Assembly: GCA_965645245.1 (NCBI GenBank)
Contig: OZ287077.1
Coordinates: forward strand, 1,550,001-1,614,000
Direction of reading: 5' to 3'
Origin: Massalongia carnosa
Lineage: Eukaryota
Length of the DNA: 64,000 bases
This document shows, piece by piece, positions 1 to 12,681 of the stretch. Under the pieces are notes generated by a model. The model was not told where the DNA came from. It worked only from the letters and a program-made list of their open reading frames with translations, and ran no database searches. The translations under genes were made by a program, and so were the position numbers. The first letter of the stretch is position 1. Each line of letters starts with the position of its first letter.

Positions 1-1158
1 ACACATGCAAGTTATAACAAGAGCTTCCTACTCAGGCAACGAGCGTGAGGTGCATGGAGAGAGGGAAGTATGTATGTAGGTTGAGGTAGGTAAATGGAAA
101 AATAGAAAGAGAAGTACCGTAGCGATTTCTCCTTTTCGTTTTCGGAGAGCTGATCACCTGTTTGCTGAAAGACGAGAAAAAGAAAGAGAAATAGAGAGGG
201 AAGGTCTAGGTATGTAGATAGGAAGGGAGGGAGGGAGGTAGGTTGATGGAGAGATTTGATGGAGAGGTAGATGAGTAGTTCTCAGCCATACGTGCATATG
301 CGACTTACTATTCGTCTATAATTATCTTTTTCCACTCCTAAGTTTTCCTCCGTCTTTCTTTCCCTCCTCCCTATGCTGTATTTCTTTCCTTAACTTTTGT
401 TCGCTTCGTGCCCATTCATATCGTGTTTAATCGAGTCGTTGTAAGTTTTCGAGACCCATAAATTCCTTTTCTTCTTCTTCTTCTGTAATTTTCTTCATTT
501 TCTCTGGGCGTTGAGACTAAAGACTCCGGGAATCAAGAGTCCCGAAGTTCTAGACCTTTCCTTGAGCTTATGTTGTGGGGAAGGGAGGTTTTTCCGAGGG
601 TTCTGAGAGCTCGAAATTGGTTTTCTCGATCGATAACTATCTATGTATTGTATGTACACGTCGACGTCAGGAGTCGGAATTGGGATCGAAAAAGGAGCCG
701 GACTCGAAGTCGGAATCGAACTTGAATTCTGATGGGTAGAAGATACATGGAAGAGAGATATACAAAACACGTAGATAGACAAAGCAATCAACCAAGCAAC
801 CTTTCGAAAAGGGGTTTAACGAAACGCTAGAAAAAAGGGAACGAACTTGTGAGGAAGTGGGGGTTAGTAAAGATGAGGATGAGGATGGGAAAAGGGACAC
901 GAGAGAGGAGGGACAAGGAATCTTTTTTCTTCTTTTCCTTTCTCCTCTCTTCTCCTCCCGTCTTCCAGATTCCCATCCCCAGTTTCCGGCAACTCCTCAC
1001 ATAGCAGCCAACTACTATCCACCACCCCCAACTCTCCTCCCTTTCCTCCATCCGGTCCAGCATCTCTATCCAACTACCTTTATATATAATCCACAAACTC
1101 TCCCCCTTTCGTCCCGATAACGAATTGATTTGTGCCGTGGATACATACGTAGTGCCTA

Positions 1159-1827
1159 ACATTTGCATGGCAGGCCTCGTGGAGATCATATCAGGAACGC
1201 ACACCCGTTCCCACCCCCGCACAATCAGGTTCACTATCCAAAAAACGCATCAAATTGCACGAAACTCTAGCCAAATCGGAGAGCGCGCTAGCCCATTCAG
1301 ATACGCTCAGAAAAGATAGACCCAGCCGCCTTCCTACATAGACACTGAGTCCCAGACGTCTCGTCCCCGAACTGCTCATGTGGCTGGCACAAACAGACTG
1401 CAAAACATGTGATCATATTTTGCAAACTCAACGACAACAGACAAACTCTGCTAAATACGATAGGCACAAACAACTATCGATTAATCACTGAGTCATCTAA
1501 AGCAATGAAATTAGTCACAAAATGGCTACTGAAGACAGGTTTGTTGTCACAATTTTCGCTGACAGCACAGCATCTATACTGCTAACAGTATTCATGCTTT
1601 GTTTCATTTTTCATACTTATCTTGGGTCAAAGGTTTTTTCATGGAGCACACGGTTGGGACCCGGAGGGTCCTCGGCCGGACACAGGATTGCATGGTTTTT
1701 TCTTCCTCAAAAGGTTTTCCATGTACTATACAACTAGATAGACTCGCCCGCATGGGCCGGCCTTCGGCCGGTACCACATCGGAATAAGAATCATCATCAT
1801 CATCATCATCATCATCAGCATCATCAT
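1159..1827 (+). mobile_element. 5'-truncated Tad1-clade LINE (non-LTR retrotransposon): ORF2 C-terminus, 3' UTR and (ATC)n tail
   Basis: Degenerate translation ...FLHRH*VPDVSSPNCSCGWHKQTAKHVIIFC...LLSQFSLTAQHLYC* matches the CCHC knuckle at the end of fungal LINE ORF2. (ATC)n tail at ~1789-1830. Flanked by the 15-bp direct repeat catacgtagtgccta (1144-1158, 1828-1842). Confidence 0.9.
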
Positions 1828-4752
1828 CATACGTAGTGCCTAGGGCGGTTTTAGTAGGGTAGACTCGAAAATGAATAGACTGTGGTGAAATGCTATATAA
1901 TCTCCTCTTTGAATGCCTTTTTTGTCAACTTCTTTTTCTTTTTTGTCACTTCTATCTCCCTGCGATTCTCCCACCCCGCCTTCCTTCCTTCCTACCTTCC
2001 TCCATCGGGATCTCTTGCATCGGCGCCGAATAGTTAGGGGCCTGGCTATTGGATCAATCGGGCCTCGGTTGTGAGTGGCGAGCGAAAGGGTTAAAGATGG
2101 GGGTTAAAAAGGCCGAGATCAGGGTTGGGAAGTGGGTGGGTGATGGTGGTAGCTAGATAGTTAGTAGGCGCAAGCCCAGCTTGGGAAGGACTTGGATGGG
2201 ATTAGGGGGGTGGAGAGGAGAGGAGAAGAGGGGAGGAGGGTTGCGGTATTTCTTATGGGTTGTTGTAATTTTCCTCTATGAAATGATGCAGACGGGATTT
2301 TTCCGTTCACCCACCTAGCTACGTACCTAATTAGAAAAGTTCTCCTCTGCCACTGCCCTCATTCCCTCCCCCCAAAAAGCGAGACGATAGCACAGGTAAC
2401 CGAGTGGCAGCAAGACAAGGAATATATAGGTGGTTATGGGGAAGGTGCTGGAAATAGGTGGGAGAGAGCGGTGATTTTTGCGAAAAAATGAAAGAAGGGA
2501 AAGAAAAGAAAGCGTTGGTGGGAGAGGTGGTTATGTATGTTCGAACTTGTTTTCGTGAGTTGAGGGGGGTGGTGAGGGATTTTTAACGAGGATGGGGTTT
2601 TATGGGATCTCGTTTTTGTTGGCTATAAGAGTCTTTCAAAGACCAATCGGTTTTTATGATGCTATCGGATTTGATTTTATAGCGTTTTCAAGATCCAAAA
2701 TTATTTTCCTTTTCCTCTTTTCAGCCTGCGAGAAGACGAGAGACCCTGGATATGTGATTTGGTGGAAATGAGCTGGATAGACACCACTAACATCGATTCG
2801 GGCTCTTCATTAGCTTTTTCTAGGAATTAGAAGAAGAAAGAGGCTAATAATATAAAATAATAATAAAGTTTGAAAAAGAAAGACAAGAAAGAAGAAATAA
2901 CGAATGAAGCTCTCGGGTCGTCGGCCGCGACGTTTTTGACTCGAGTATTTACTCCTGGATTCTTTTACTCGATTTTCTCCGTGAAAAGCCTCAAGGCAGT
3001 TATTAAAACATAAGAATTTTGGCTGGATTATGGAACGAGGACTATGAATGTTCTTAGTGTCGAGCTTCATTTTGTAGGGTATGTAGGCATTTTCTCGGTT
3101 GGTGAAATGAATGCGTCAATAAGCGTTGAAGACAATTTCTGCCAAGATCCAGTTGCTGTGATCGCTTGCTGGAGCTATGGAGAGCCATCAATGAAGGTGT
3201 TTCTTCCCTTAGGAAGTAACCATAGTTGAAACGAAGACGAGCTCCACGTCATGTGTCAAGCTTCTCCTTTCAGTTGTGATGGAAATCGTAACTCTATCCC
3301 TCTCGGTCTTCGTTGCTCTGCTAGGCTCTTCAATCGAGGGCGCTACTCTACTCAAACCATCTCCATTAATGAGAGCTTCGAGGCGGGCGGGCGTTCCGTT
3401 GATTGATCGATGGCCTCGCTCAGTTTCTAAGTCTTATAACATATCAACAGATCTCGCTGACTTGCTTCCTCTTAGGGGGGAAGAAAAATCAGGGTGTGCC
3501 CTTGGTCCAAAGCCACTATAGACTCGCTAGCAAAGTCTAAGTCTAGGTCTTCTTTTGTGGGTATTCGACCAGTACCATATTTTCCACGCAATTATTTCAG
3601 CCTCATGTTCGTGATCCCTAAAACAAGGCTGCTCCTCTGCTGATTCGAGCGGAAAGCGAACAAGCTTAATCATATGAGATTTAAAGTGTTTCAAGTCATT
3701 TTGGAAGTAGCTAGGGAAGTTTTTTCGGATTCCTGTCGGCAAGAGCAAAAACGAAGCGGTTCGACTTGGGATATTCTTAAGAGCCACACGTTATAGGTCT
3801 ACTGAACCGGTACTTCAGGTATCTCGGTTAGGGATCATGTTCGACAGCCCCAGCGGCTTCAAATTCCCGAATGAAGGATATAACTATCTAAGTAGACTTG
3901 TGACAATTATTTCTGGCGGCTTGGTTCTGTGGTTCACAGCTACTTTGACTTTACGCTCACAAGACTCCCAATCTTGATGGTTGCCGGGGTTTGGAACGGA
4001 GTCTTTAATTCCCAGCTCTTAACAGATTTTGGCTTTTGATAGGTCCGGTTATAGCCAAGCATAGGTAAAGACCCGAAGAATTTAGGCCTCCCCCCCCAAC
4101 TTGAGCTTTAGATAGCCAGAAGCTTCTGATTTGCCATATTTTGTAGCTGCTCCCGACTATCTCGAAGCCCATGGGGCTAGGTTTTAATCAATTTGTTTGC
4201 AGCTGGAGCATGTGATCATTGATATTGAATCGCGAGGAGGGCATTCCTGCCGCACGGGTTGAACGTAACAAGCGTTTAGGGGCCTCCTTGTTAGGAGACT
4301 AGTAAAGGCGGTGTTGGAGTCTTGATTTTACCCGTGATAGAAAGTTGAAAGCCACACAGATTTATCACATGCTAAATGAAGATGTGATTCATATAACATC
4401 GTTGAAGTCCCTCTAACGTATATTTTCTAGTCATCGCCCTCTGAAAACATATCAGCGCTCTTAGCCACCTGATCTTTAAATATACCTACCCCATCTCATA
4501 AACTTCATCCTAATCAGCTCCGTATACTTATAAGGTTAACTGCTATATATTATATACTTGAGCCATCCCAAGGGTATCGATAGAAAGGTTACCTGCGATC
4601 AACTCAGCGATTATCGTATACTAGCCATATATTTTAATGAGCAGCTCCTCCTTTATAGCCCTGAGGAATATAGCATACCCAAACCACCCCATCAGACTCA
4701 TTCCACAGCACAGGCTTACTTGCTCGTACGAACTTCGAAAGAGGAAGGAACT

Positions 4753-5722
4753 ATGGCCAGAAACAATTCTCGCACCTTCCACTTTAATTCAACCACCTAT
4801 CGTTCTGCCTTTCCATCACCTGGCAGCTCTGGTTCTGAATCTTCCTTAACCAACAACTCTGCTTCTGAAACTACTGCCAGCAGCTCTACGGATCCAACGT
4901 CCGTTGCCTCTTGTTGTTTCACACGAGAAACTACTGCAGCGGATCTGGTTGCTGTGGAAGAGCAAGAGCAACCACAATCCCATAACGGGTTGCAGGCCTT
5001 GAACCAGAATAACGCAGCTCGCCAAAGGGAGCGCAACGAGCTGGTTGCAAGGCGGCCGGAAGAACCAACGGGCCTATTACCACAGAATCCACACGTAAGA
5101 GTAGCCCTTCACCCCGCTCCCATGCCCATTTTTAAGACTGTGTGCTAATGGTGATGCTGCCCCCTAGTCAGATGATGGGATATTGCGGCAGATATGGTTG
5201 CCCAGACTGATTGAGGCGGAGGCGCAATATGATGCGAACCCAGCCTTGGAGGTTCATCTTGCAGCTGAACGGCGAGCCATTGCCGCTCGAGAACGTGGTA
5301 TGGCAGCTTTGAGAAGGATAAGGCAAGAAGAGGTGGAAATAGAGGCAATGCTGGACAAGGTGTTCCTAGAAGAAGCGAGGTGGACTACGGAAGTGGTTCA
5401 AGAGCCGAGAGGGCAGCCGAATGGAGCGGAAAGCGCCTCAAGGGCAGCTGAAGGGCACTTGCAGGGATGGATTCGACTTCCAGTCCCTCATAGAAACAAT
5501 CCCCCTAGGGCCGTTGCTAGTCAATACTTGCTGAACAAGCGGGAGCAAACGGAGTACCAGCAACGGCTCGAGGAGGAGCTTATGCACCGACATAACGCGG
5601 TACGTAGGCGGCAACGAGGCAGGGTCCGTGGAGGATGGGGAAATCGCGGCGGAGGGAATCCAGGGAGGGGACCACTTAGGCAGCCAAATACGAATCCAAT
5701 CGATGAGGATATATTTTGGTAA
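4753..5722 (+). CDS. Orphan hypothetical protein, ~298 aa (Ser/Thr-rich N-terminus, charged helical middle, RGG-rich C-terminus); exons 4753-5094 and 5168-5722
   Basis: Intron gtaaga(5095)...gctaat...ctag(5167) joins ORFs 4558-5148 and 5183-5722 in frame. No family recognised. Confidence 0.6.
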
Positions 5723-6223
5723 TCAATGCTTTGAAACCCTTCAGGTGGGACGAGTGGAAGATCTGGCTCATACAATCAGCTGTTCTGGAAAAGGAAAAAG
5801 AGGAAAGACTGAATACCTTGAGGAGTTTTTGGATTGTTTTATCTCTAAGGTCTGTCGTTCAGAAGGCATTTAGTTCGAGTGTCTTATCTATTCGGTTTCC
5901 TCGATATATAGGGTGCTTTAGTCGTTTTGTTTGGGATTTCCAATGGTTATTAGCTCGCGTGAAAAGGCTAAAGGAAATAATAGCGAAGTTCAGAAAGCGA
6001 CTTGGCGATGCTTTACATTGCCTTTCCGTGTTTTCAACTGCCTTGTCCTTTTGAAATAAGCGATAGATAAAAGCTGATAGGGTTCACCAAGTGATGGAGT
6101 ATGATGGTGTCTCGCCTTGATATTCGTAAGTTTGACAACATGGCGACGGCATATAAGGTTGTTCGGGTAAAAGCAGCGAGAGAAATACCCGCGCGGTTTT
6201 CCTTTAAAGGTTGAACCTCGGGC

Positions 6224-6611
6224 TACTGTAACAAACCCACCGTACCCGGGTATTTTATCAGCATACCCGGGTAGCACTCGGGTAATTTTTATTCTTAGTT
6301 ATACAGCTAAAATATCAAAATATATCAAATTTTAGTAATTAAATCTGTGATCGTATGATTACATAATATTAAACTTAGATTATAAAGATAAATTTTAAAC
6401 TATAATATAATCTTTCGATGTTTTAAATGAAAGGATATAAAATTTTTATCATGAAAATCTCAAAGATTTCGAAACATTTAGAAGATTTCATGAAAATTTC
6501 TATGTATTCTATTTATAGAAATACCCGGGTATAAAAACTCGTATCCGTACCCAGATATTTACCCAGTATTACCCGGGTAATATGGGTACGGGTACAAAGT
6601 TGGTTATAGTG
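6224..6611. mobile_element. MITE-like non-autonomous TIR element with multiple TACCCG subterminal motifs (hAT-like)
   Basis: Imperfect TIRs (actgtaacaaac at left; gttggttatagt at right), clusters of tacccg/cgggta at both ends, a very AT-rich core (6290-6520), and similar flanks (acctcgggc / acctcagc) that may be a decayed TSD. Confidence 0.65.
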
Positions 6612-8278
6612 ACCTCAGCTCTACTTCTTCGCCTGAGACCCACATCATCATTCGATGTTCCTCTCGCCAATGCAGCAGAACTGTAGACATATCAGTAGTG
6701 ACAAGGCCTGGTGACTCGCAATGGCGAGGGAATATATCGTGTATAATTCCGTGCTCAATCGGTCAAAATGTGACTCTCACCTCTGGGCGACCTTCACCTA
6801 CACTCTCCTTCTCTTTCGTCACAAATCGCGTGGCAAGAACTGTCTCATTTCAGCATACCTATAGGAGGTTTGCATGTAGTGGTGTTCATAATAGGAAGTT
6901 TTACCAGCTCAAGACTACTATGTCGGAGTGGACAGAATGCTATAGTTTCCCAGTTATACAGCAGACATCTTATTCAGTAAAATTTCCCTGCTGATCAGCA
7001 CATCAGATCAACAAGCAGTTTGTTTCATATTCGTTGTCGAGAAAGGTCCTTGCAGAAGAGCTTCATTTTCACAGCTAGGGAAGACTTTGGTTTTCCAACA
7101 CAGGAATGCTGTACCCGGTGCTCATTTCAAGAGGATTTCTCTTTTGCTATCAATGAAGTTGCTCCTCCAAGATGCCTGTCGGCTTACGCAGTCAATCGAT
7201 TTAACTATTTTCGCACAACGCCCAACCGCTTAGATTGGACCTCTGGATATAGATATTGCCTGTGGCTTACGCTCATGAATTTTAGGAATGTATTGCTAGC
7301 AGTAGGAGGAAAAATTAATGCGAATTGAGCTGATATACCAAAGGAATGGTCATCGAGAAGCTATGATCTCGCTTAGAAGCAGTTAGAGACTCTGCTCGGC
7401 GGTTTGCCACAGCAAAAAACTCGCATGGAAGTGAGATAAGGAAGGTACGGACATAAGGAAAAAAACCTTCAATCTCCCAACTCTGGTAGGGCATATTGTC
7501 TTGTCTGGCTTCTGCGTTGCACATGCAATTGCACAGGAACAATGCAGAACCATACCTCTGTCTGCTGTATTCTTCGTGAGCAACACAACCAAGAAGCCGG
7601 ATTACCAGACCCTGGCAACAACTGTTGCTTTTTGGATTCTTCCAGGGCTGGGGTTGTAAAATGTTCTTTCCCTTTACAATCTACAGGCCTGTTGAATTCT
7701 GCTCGACGGGGCATGGCTTCTCTCCGGATACTCTTTGGTTTTCCATGCCTTGACCCGATCGAGCAGGTGCTGCCTTCGGAAACCCTCACGCTAAGATGGT
7801 GCACATGCTATATCTGGTACGGAATATGAGCTAAACTGGTTGGTCAAAAAGATATCACCGTGAGGCTTGGGATAATGCCGGAAAATCGGTGTTTCCTATA
7901 TGGCATCATGGCGAATTCTTCACCAAAACTTTCTCTTAGGATGGTATTATCGCATGGGTCTTTCCTTTGCAGATAGCTTTGTCTTCTCCGATCACGTCTC
8001 TTCAGTTATAATATATAATATAGGCCAAGTGCTCTCTCCCATTCTTCCTCCCTGTGCACATAAACATCGCTTTCATCCATATCTATACTATAACTAAGCC
8101 TTCAACTCCAGAACCAGCTCTCTTCATCAATCATCATCGTCGAACTTGTCTCGGCTATAGCATAGCATCTTCTTGCACATCGTTTTCTTAAACAGCATTC
8201 ATCTCTCATCCAGAACCTACCGATCCACACACATACTCAAACATCATCATCTCCTCCACCCTGACTCTCTCGCAAACC

Positions 8279-8962
8279 ATGTCTTCTTCCGACCTCGCCG
8301 CCTGGTTCGCCCTCTATCCCGAGCTACCTACCTACCCGCACGAATCCCCAGCAAGCCTCGAGGAGCGTCAATGGGACTACATCCGCCAAGTGGCCCAAGA
8401 AAGCATCTTCCTCGACAAAGGCACCCCCAACCCCGCCGACTACCCTGCCGACTTCCTCGACGCCCAGCAGGCGATCCGCCGCCGCCGCGATGGCGCTTTC
8501 CATGTCGTCTCCAAGCAGCACATCCACGAGCAGCGTGCCCGCGAAGTCACCGCCGCCCAGCAACGGCATCACGACCGCGCCACCGCCGAGGCGATCAAAG
8601 CCCTCGAGTACCAGACCCAGCAACGCGCCTACGCCGAGCGCCGCGATGCCGAGCTCGCCCAGCGTGCCGTCGACCTTGCCCGGTACGCCACCGAGAAGCA
8701 CGATCGGGACGAGGAGCAGCGCCGCCGGGAGTACGAGATCTGGCAGTGGCAGATGACGTTCTGGCAACGCTACTGGGAGCTGGAACTGGAGCGCCTGATC
8801 GAGGAGGAGCGGGCCCTGCAGCGGCAGTCGAAGGAACGCGAGCAGTGGGAGGGGATCATGCTTCGTAGGTCTTGGCTCGCCATGCAGCAGCAGGCCTACG
8901 AGCTGAAGTTGTTCGAGGCCCGCGAGCGTGCCAGAGCTGTTGCGCGGTTTAACAGGCGGTAG
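8279..8962 (+). CDS. Orphan single-exon protein, 227 aa, Glu/Arg/Gln-rich, probably coiled-coil
   Basis: Clean ATG in an aaccATG context, strong GC3 codon bias, stop followed by a G-rich then T-rich 3' region. Confidence 0.75.
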   Translation: MSSSDLAAWFALYPELPTYPHESPASLEERQWDYIRQVAQESIFLDKGTPNPADYPADFLDAQQAIRRRRDGAFHVVSKQHIHEQRAREVTAAQQRHHDRATAEAIKALEYQTQQRAYAERRDAELAQRAVDLARYATEKHDRDEEQRRREYEIWQWQMTFWQRYWELELERLIEEERALQRQSKEREQWEGIMLRRSWLAMQQQAYELKLFEARERARAVARFNRR

Positions 8963-11287
8963 GGGGGAGGGGGTGGGAGTCTGGGGATCCGGTGGAGTTT
9001 GGGAACGGATACGTTAGATTGCTTCGATACGGGTTTTTTGTTTTCTAGGTTTTCTAGGGTTTTGCGTGGTTTTTTTTTGATTTTATCAGTTTTTGGTTTT
9101 GGGGTTCTCTGGGTCGTTTTTGGTTTGATAAGAACCTCGTACCAAGCAAGAAATGCTTTATTTATACTTCCAGCGTATTTCCCCTCTCTTTTGATATGAT
9201 TCCGCTAGTAATCAAACATAGTAGACAGACCTTCCCCCCGCATTCCCCTCCACCGATATTACCTCTCCCCTATCCCTTTTCTCCCAGCCGAACAAGTCGC
9301 TACAAACCAGTTTTATAAGTCAAGAAACGAATACCTATCGGATCCGCCGCCATGGCGGTAGGAAATCCAGTTTTAGCATTCTTTGGTCAATTCAATTTTT
9401 TTGAGGAGCTATTAGCGTTGTTTAGTGGGGGTTTTGTATTTAAAAAAACACTCCTGCTCTTACGACGTCTGCTCTGCTCTGATGTTTTTTTAACTGTTGA
9501 GATGATGAAAGTGGCTTGAAATGAAGGAATAAATGGGGAAAACGAAGAAGCTTGCCTCTTTTGGAAAATAATGAATGAACGAGCCGAAAAAAAAGTGAAC
9601 AGAATATAAGAACGAAGATCTTCTACCTATTTATCCGCTTCACCTCTCTACATAACCTCATCTCACCTACCCTAACCCTCATACCTGTGAGCTCCCCTGC
9701 CCGGTATGAAAGATAAGTTACTCATCGAGGTACTGTGAGCAGAAACTCTGAGCGTGGCATATTATGCTTGCCTGGCTATCATCAAGCAGGGCAGACAAGT
9801 TGTTAATTTTTTGGGTTCTCGCATGTATACTTAGGGGTGGCGCAGAGGGTTTAAAGCTCTAGGATAGGACGATTCGAGGAAGGGGGAAGATGTACGGAAG
9901 GAAAGGAGGAGCATGGTGGAGAGAGAAGAGGTGTTAAGAGAATGTGAAAAATGAATGGAGCTAAGGGGGTAAACTTGGGGAGGTAGTAGTAGGGAGGGAG
10001 AGGAAAGAAAAGCCGAATGATAAAAAGGAACATGGAACTTCGAATTCAAAACCGTAGAAACGCGCGAGCGCGGAGCTTTAAAGGAAGTGCTGAGACGGCA
10101 TTAGCTGGGAGATGAAGAGGTGGAAAATTTATATGAAGCAAGGCTAGAACAAGATTAGATAGGCGAACATCTCGAGGAAAAGAACGAGGTAGGTGGATGG
10201 GTGGGTGTTCATTAGGTGTGAGTGGGAGAGAGAGAGGGGGGGATGGATCCTGTAGGGACGAATATAAAAAGAAAGAGGAAGAGATGGAAATAAAAATATA
10301 TAGACAAGAGTAAAGAAGCAATAACTGAAAATCCGAGGTGAGTTATGTCAAAGATAAATAGCAAACGATTCCAACTCCCATCCATCATGTTTTCTTTTTC
10401 TATTCTCGAGGTCACGAACATCAAAATTGATATCAGATCTTATCGGAAGAACCTAGATTTATACAGATGCAAACCGAACGAAGAACAACAAGCATCTGGA
10501 AAAATGGGTTTGTATAGAGTTATCCACCTCCATCTCAAAGCAAAGATCTCCCTCATTGGTATTCTTGAATACCGCTGAAATAATATATACACGTGCGAAA
10601 CCCCTCGTGTAAAAGAACAGGTGCTCAGGAGAACGACCTTCATATTTGGAGAAAACGTCATTGGCTGACAGACAAGAAACATAGAACAGATGACATTTCA
10701 AATCGCATCCTTAGCATCAAGAATGGTCCCCCAACTTATACGAGAAACCCGCGCACTCTTCATCTTCAAAGCCCTCCAGCTCACTCAATAGTCCGCCATT
10801 ATTCAAGGATACTCTTCTGTTTCCCGTTCTATTCTGGGGGGTTGTTCCACCGTCGATCAATCTGAAATCTATGTACCTTTTCTTGGGAATTCTTCGTCGT
10901 GGCGAAATGCCAGAAGGCGCAAAAAACTCGATAACTACAGTTTGGCCCTGTATGTTATCACGCCAACGTAAACTCTACGGTTTCGGAGATGTGCCGTTTC
11001 TCCAGGAAGGAATGTAGTCATCTATACCCCAAGGCTCTGGGTAGTTAGGCCCAGTTGAACCAGGTGACGGGTTCGCCAAAGCAGAATCACCCCACCACAT
11101 CAGCGTGAACATTGATGATGCTAGTGATCGAAGACCTCAAGGGTACGAAAGGAAACTAGAATCTTTTGTGGAAAGGCCATGGAATATTTAACAGTTGAGC
11201 ATTTCACGTCAACTAGTTGGTGAAAAGCGGGTGGATAGCCGACCACGTGATGCTAATGTAATTCAATTTGTGGCTTCGTATCTAAGT

Positions 11288-11965
11288 TTGCCTCAGTACC
11301 TCAGACGTCCGTGGGCTCTAGGAGCCGTCTAAGCCCCTCCGGGTTAGCCTCTTTCGCTAAGCTCCTTCGGATTAGCGTCCTAGCTGACTAACGTGGCTGC
11401 GATAGCACGTCTGAGCGCAAAACTAAATAGTACGGTCAGATATTCGTAATAAATCGTGTATTATTGCGATTTTTCGACATTTTGACGTCTTGCTTTTTCG
11501 TTTGACACGGGCTATTTCTTCGAAAGAATTAAAGTAGAATTTGTATAGAAAGTTTCCTGAAATTCCTGTTCGTTGTAAAGTTCATGTGGGGCAATCTGAT
11601 TGCACTTCGCATAGAAATCGAGAATCGACTTAACGAAAATGACAAGATGTATGTAAAATTACTCTGCACGTTATAAACATAAATAAAGATTGAAATTTAT
11701 AACGAAAAAATCAAAAATACATTGATCATGATCATATCAAGCGACGACGACGTTACAAACATGAAAACAATGAAGTTGTGACGTTGTAAGGTCGAAATCG
11801 TTCTTGTCATGATCGTTAAGCCATATCTGACCGTAATCTTGAGTTTTGGGCTCAGACTTGCTACAGAAATGCTGCAGTAGTCAGCCTGTTAACCCGAAGG
11901 GGCTTAACGTTCTGTAAGGCTAACCCGAAGGGGCTTAGCCGGGCAAGTCTGAGGTACTGAGGCAA
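11288..11965. mobile_element. Non-autonomous DNA transposon (MITE-like), ~680 bp, long imperfect TIRs and 8-bp TSD
   Basis: Perfect terminal inverted repeat ttgcctcagtacctcagac / gtctgaggtactgaggcaa. Imperfect inverted similarity continues ~150 bp inward to tacggtcagatat / atatctgaccgta. Direct repeat atctaagt at 11280-11287 and 11966-11973. Confidence 0.88.
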
Positions 11966-12681
11966 ATCTAAGTTAGTTATTCCCACAGTACGGAGTAGTC
12001 ACCTCGCGTTCCTCATGTTTCAAACCTCTCAAATGGCCCGGAACTAGGGCACTAAAACATCTAAAGTGAAACAATCCATATTGCGGATTTGGATGAATCG
12101 ATCCTGTTCCGAGACAGAACGCGGGAAGTGAGGAGGGGCTACACATGTCCCTCGGGAACTGTCGAGTTATAATGCCTAGCGGTTTGAATGTCACGAACTC
12201 TAAGTTTCTTCACCCGATCTCGAACAACACTTGCCAACTGGTCCACATGACAAGGGGTTCTTTGCACAAAAGAATTTCGTCTGCTGAAGTGACAGGGAAC
12301 ATTGAAAGCTAGTCTAAAGCGCTCTGTGCCGTTCATGAGTATGGAAATAGAAAAGTTTGAAACGTGCAGCTAAATCCCGCTTCCCAGTCTCTGACCGGGT
12401 GGCACTTCGTGCAGTGTCACTCCGATTCTTCGCCGCTAACGAATGGAAACAATAGCCGCTTTTCTGCAGAAAAGACAAGATTATGAAAATGAAGGCTTGT
12501 TGAAATCATTTCTTGAGACCCTCTCCTTGAGTTTGGAAAAGGAATTTCTCTTGGAGATTTTTTTGAAAACCTTCGTGGCTTTCGAGGCCTAATGCTGGAT
12601 TTGCTAGACAAGTGGTTGTCTGTTGCTCGCCGACTTTGCAATGGAACCCGCTGCAACAGTCAGAAGATTTTTCACAATATT

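Noticed and set aside
657..735. Hexamer-like periodicity (ggagtc ggaatt gggatc ...)
   Set aside because: Too short and degenerate; no repeat-spacer structure, so not CRISPR-like.
1..1120. Alternating polypurine and polypyrimidine tracts with short ORFs (also 1880-2640 and 9200-10330)
   Set aside because: Low-complexity intergenic sequence with no periodic unit or credible protein.
1159..1200. Resemblance to the U1 snRNA 5' end (tggcagg...gagatca)
   Set aside because: No ACTTACCTG and no Sm site; the sequence translates as part of the LINE ORF2 remnant.
2810..4230. Possible decayed minus-strand gene
   Set aside because: Fragments look protein-like but I could not support any family or exon structure.
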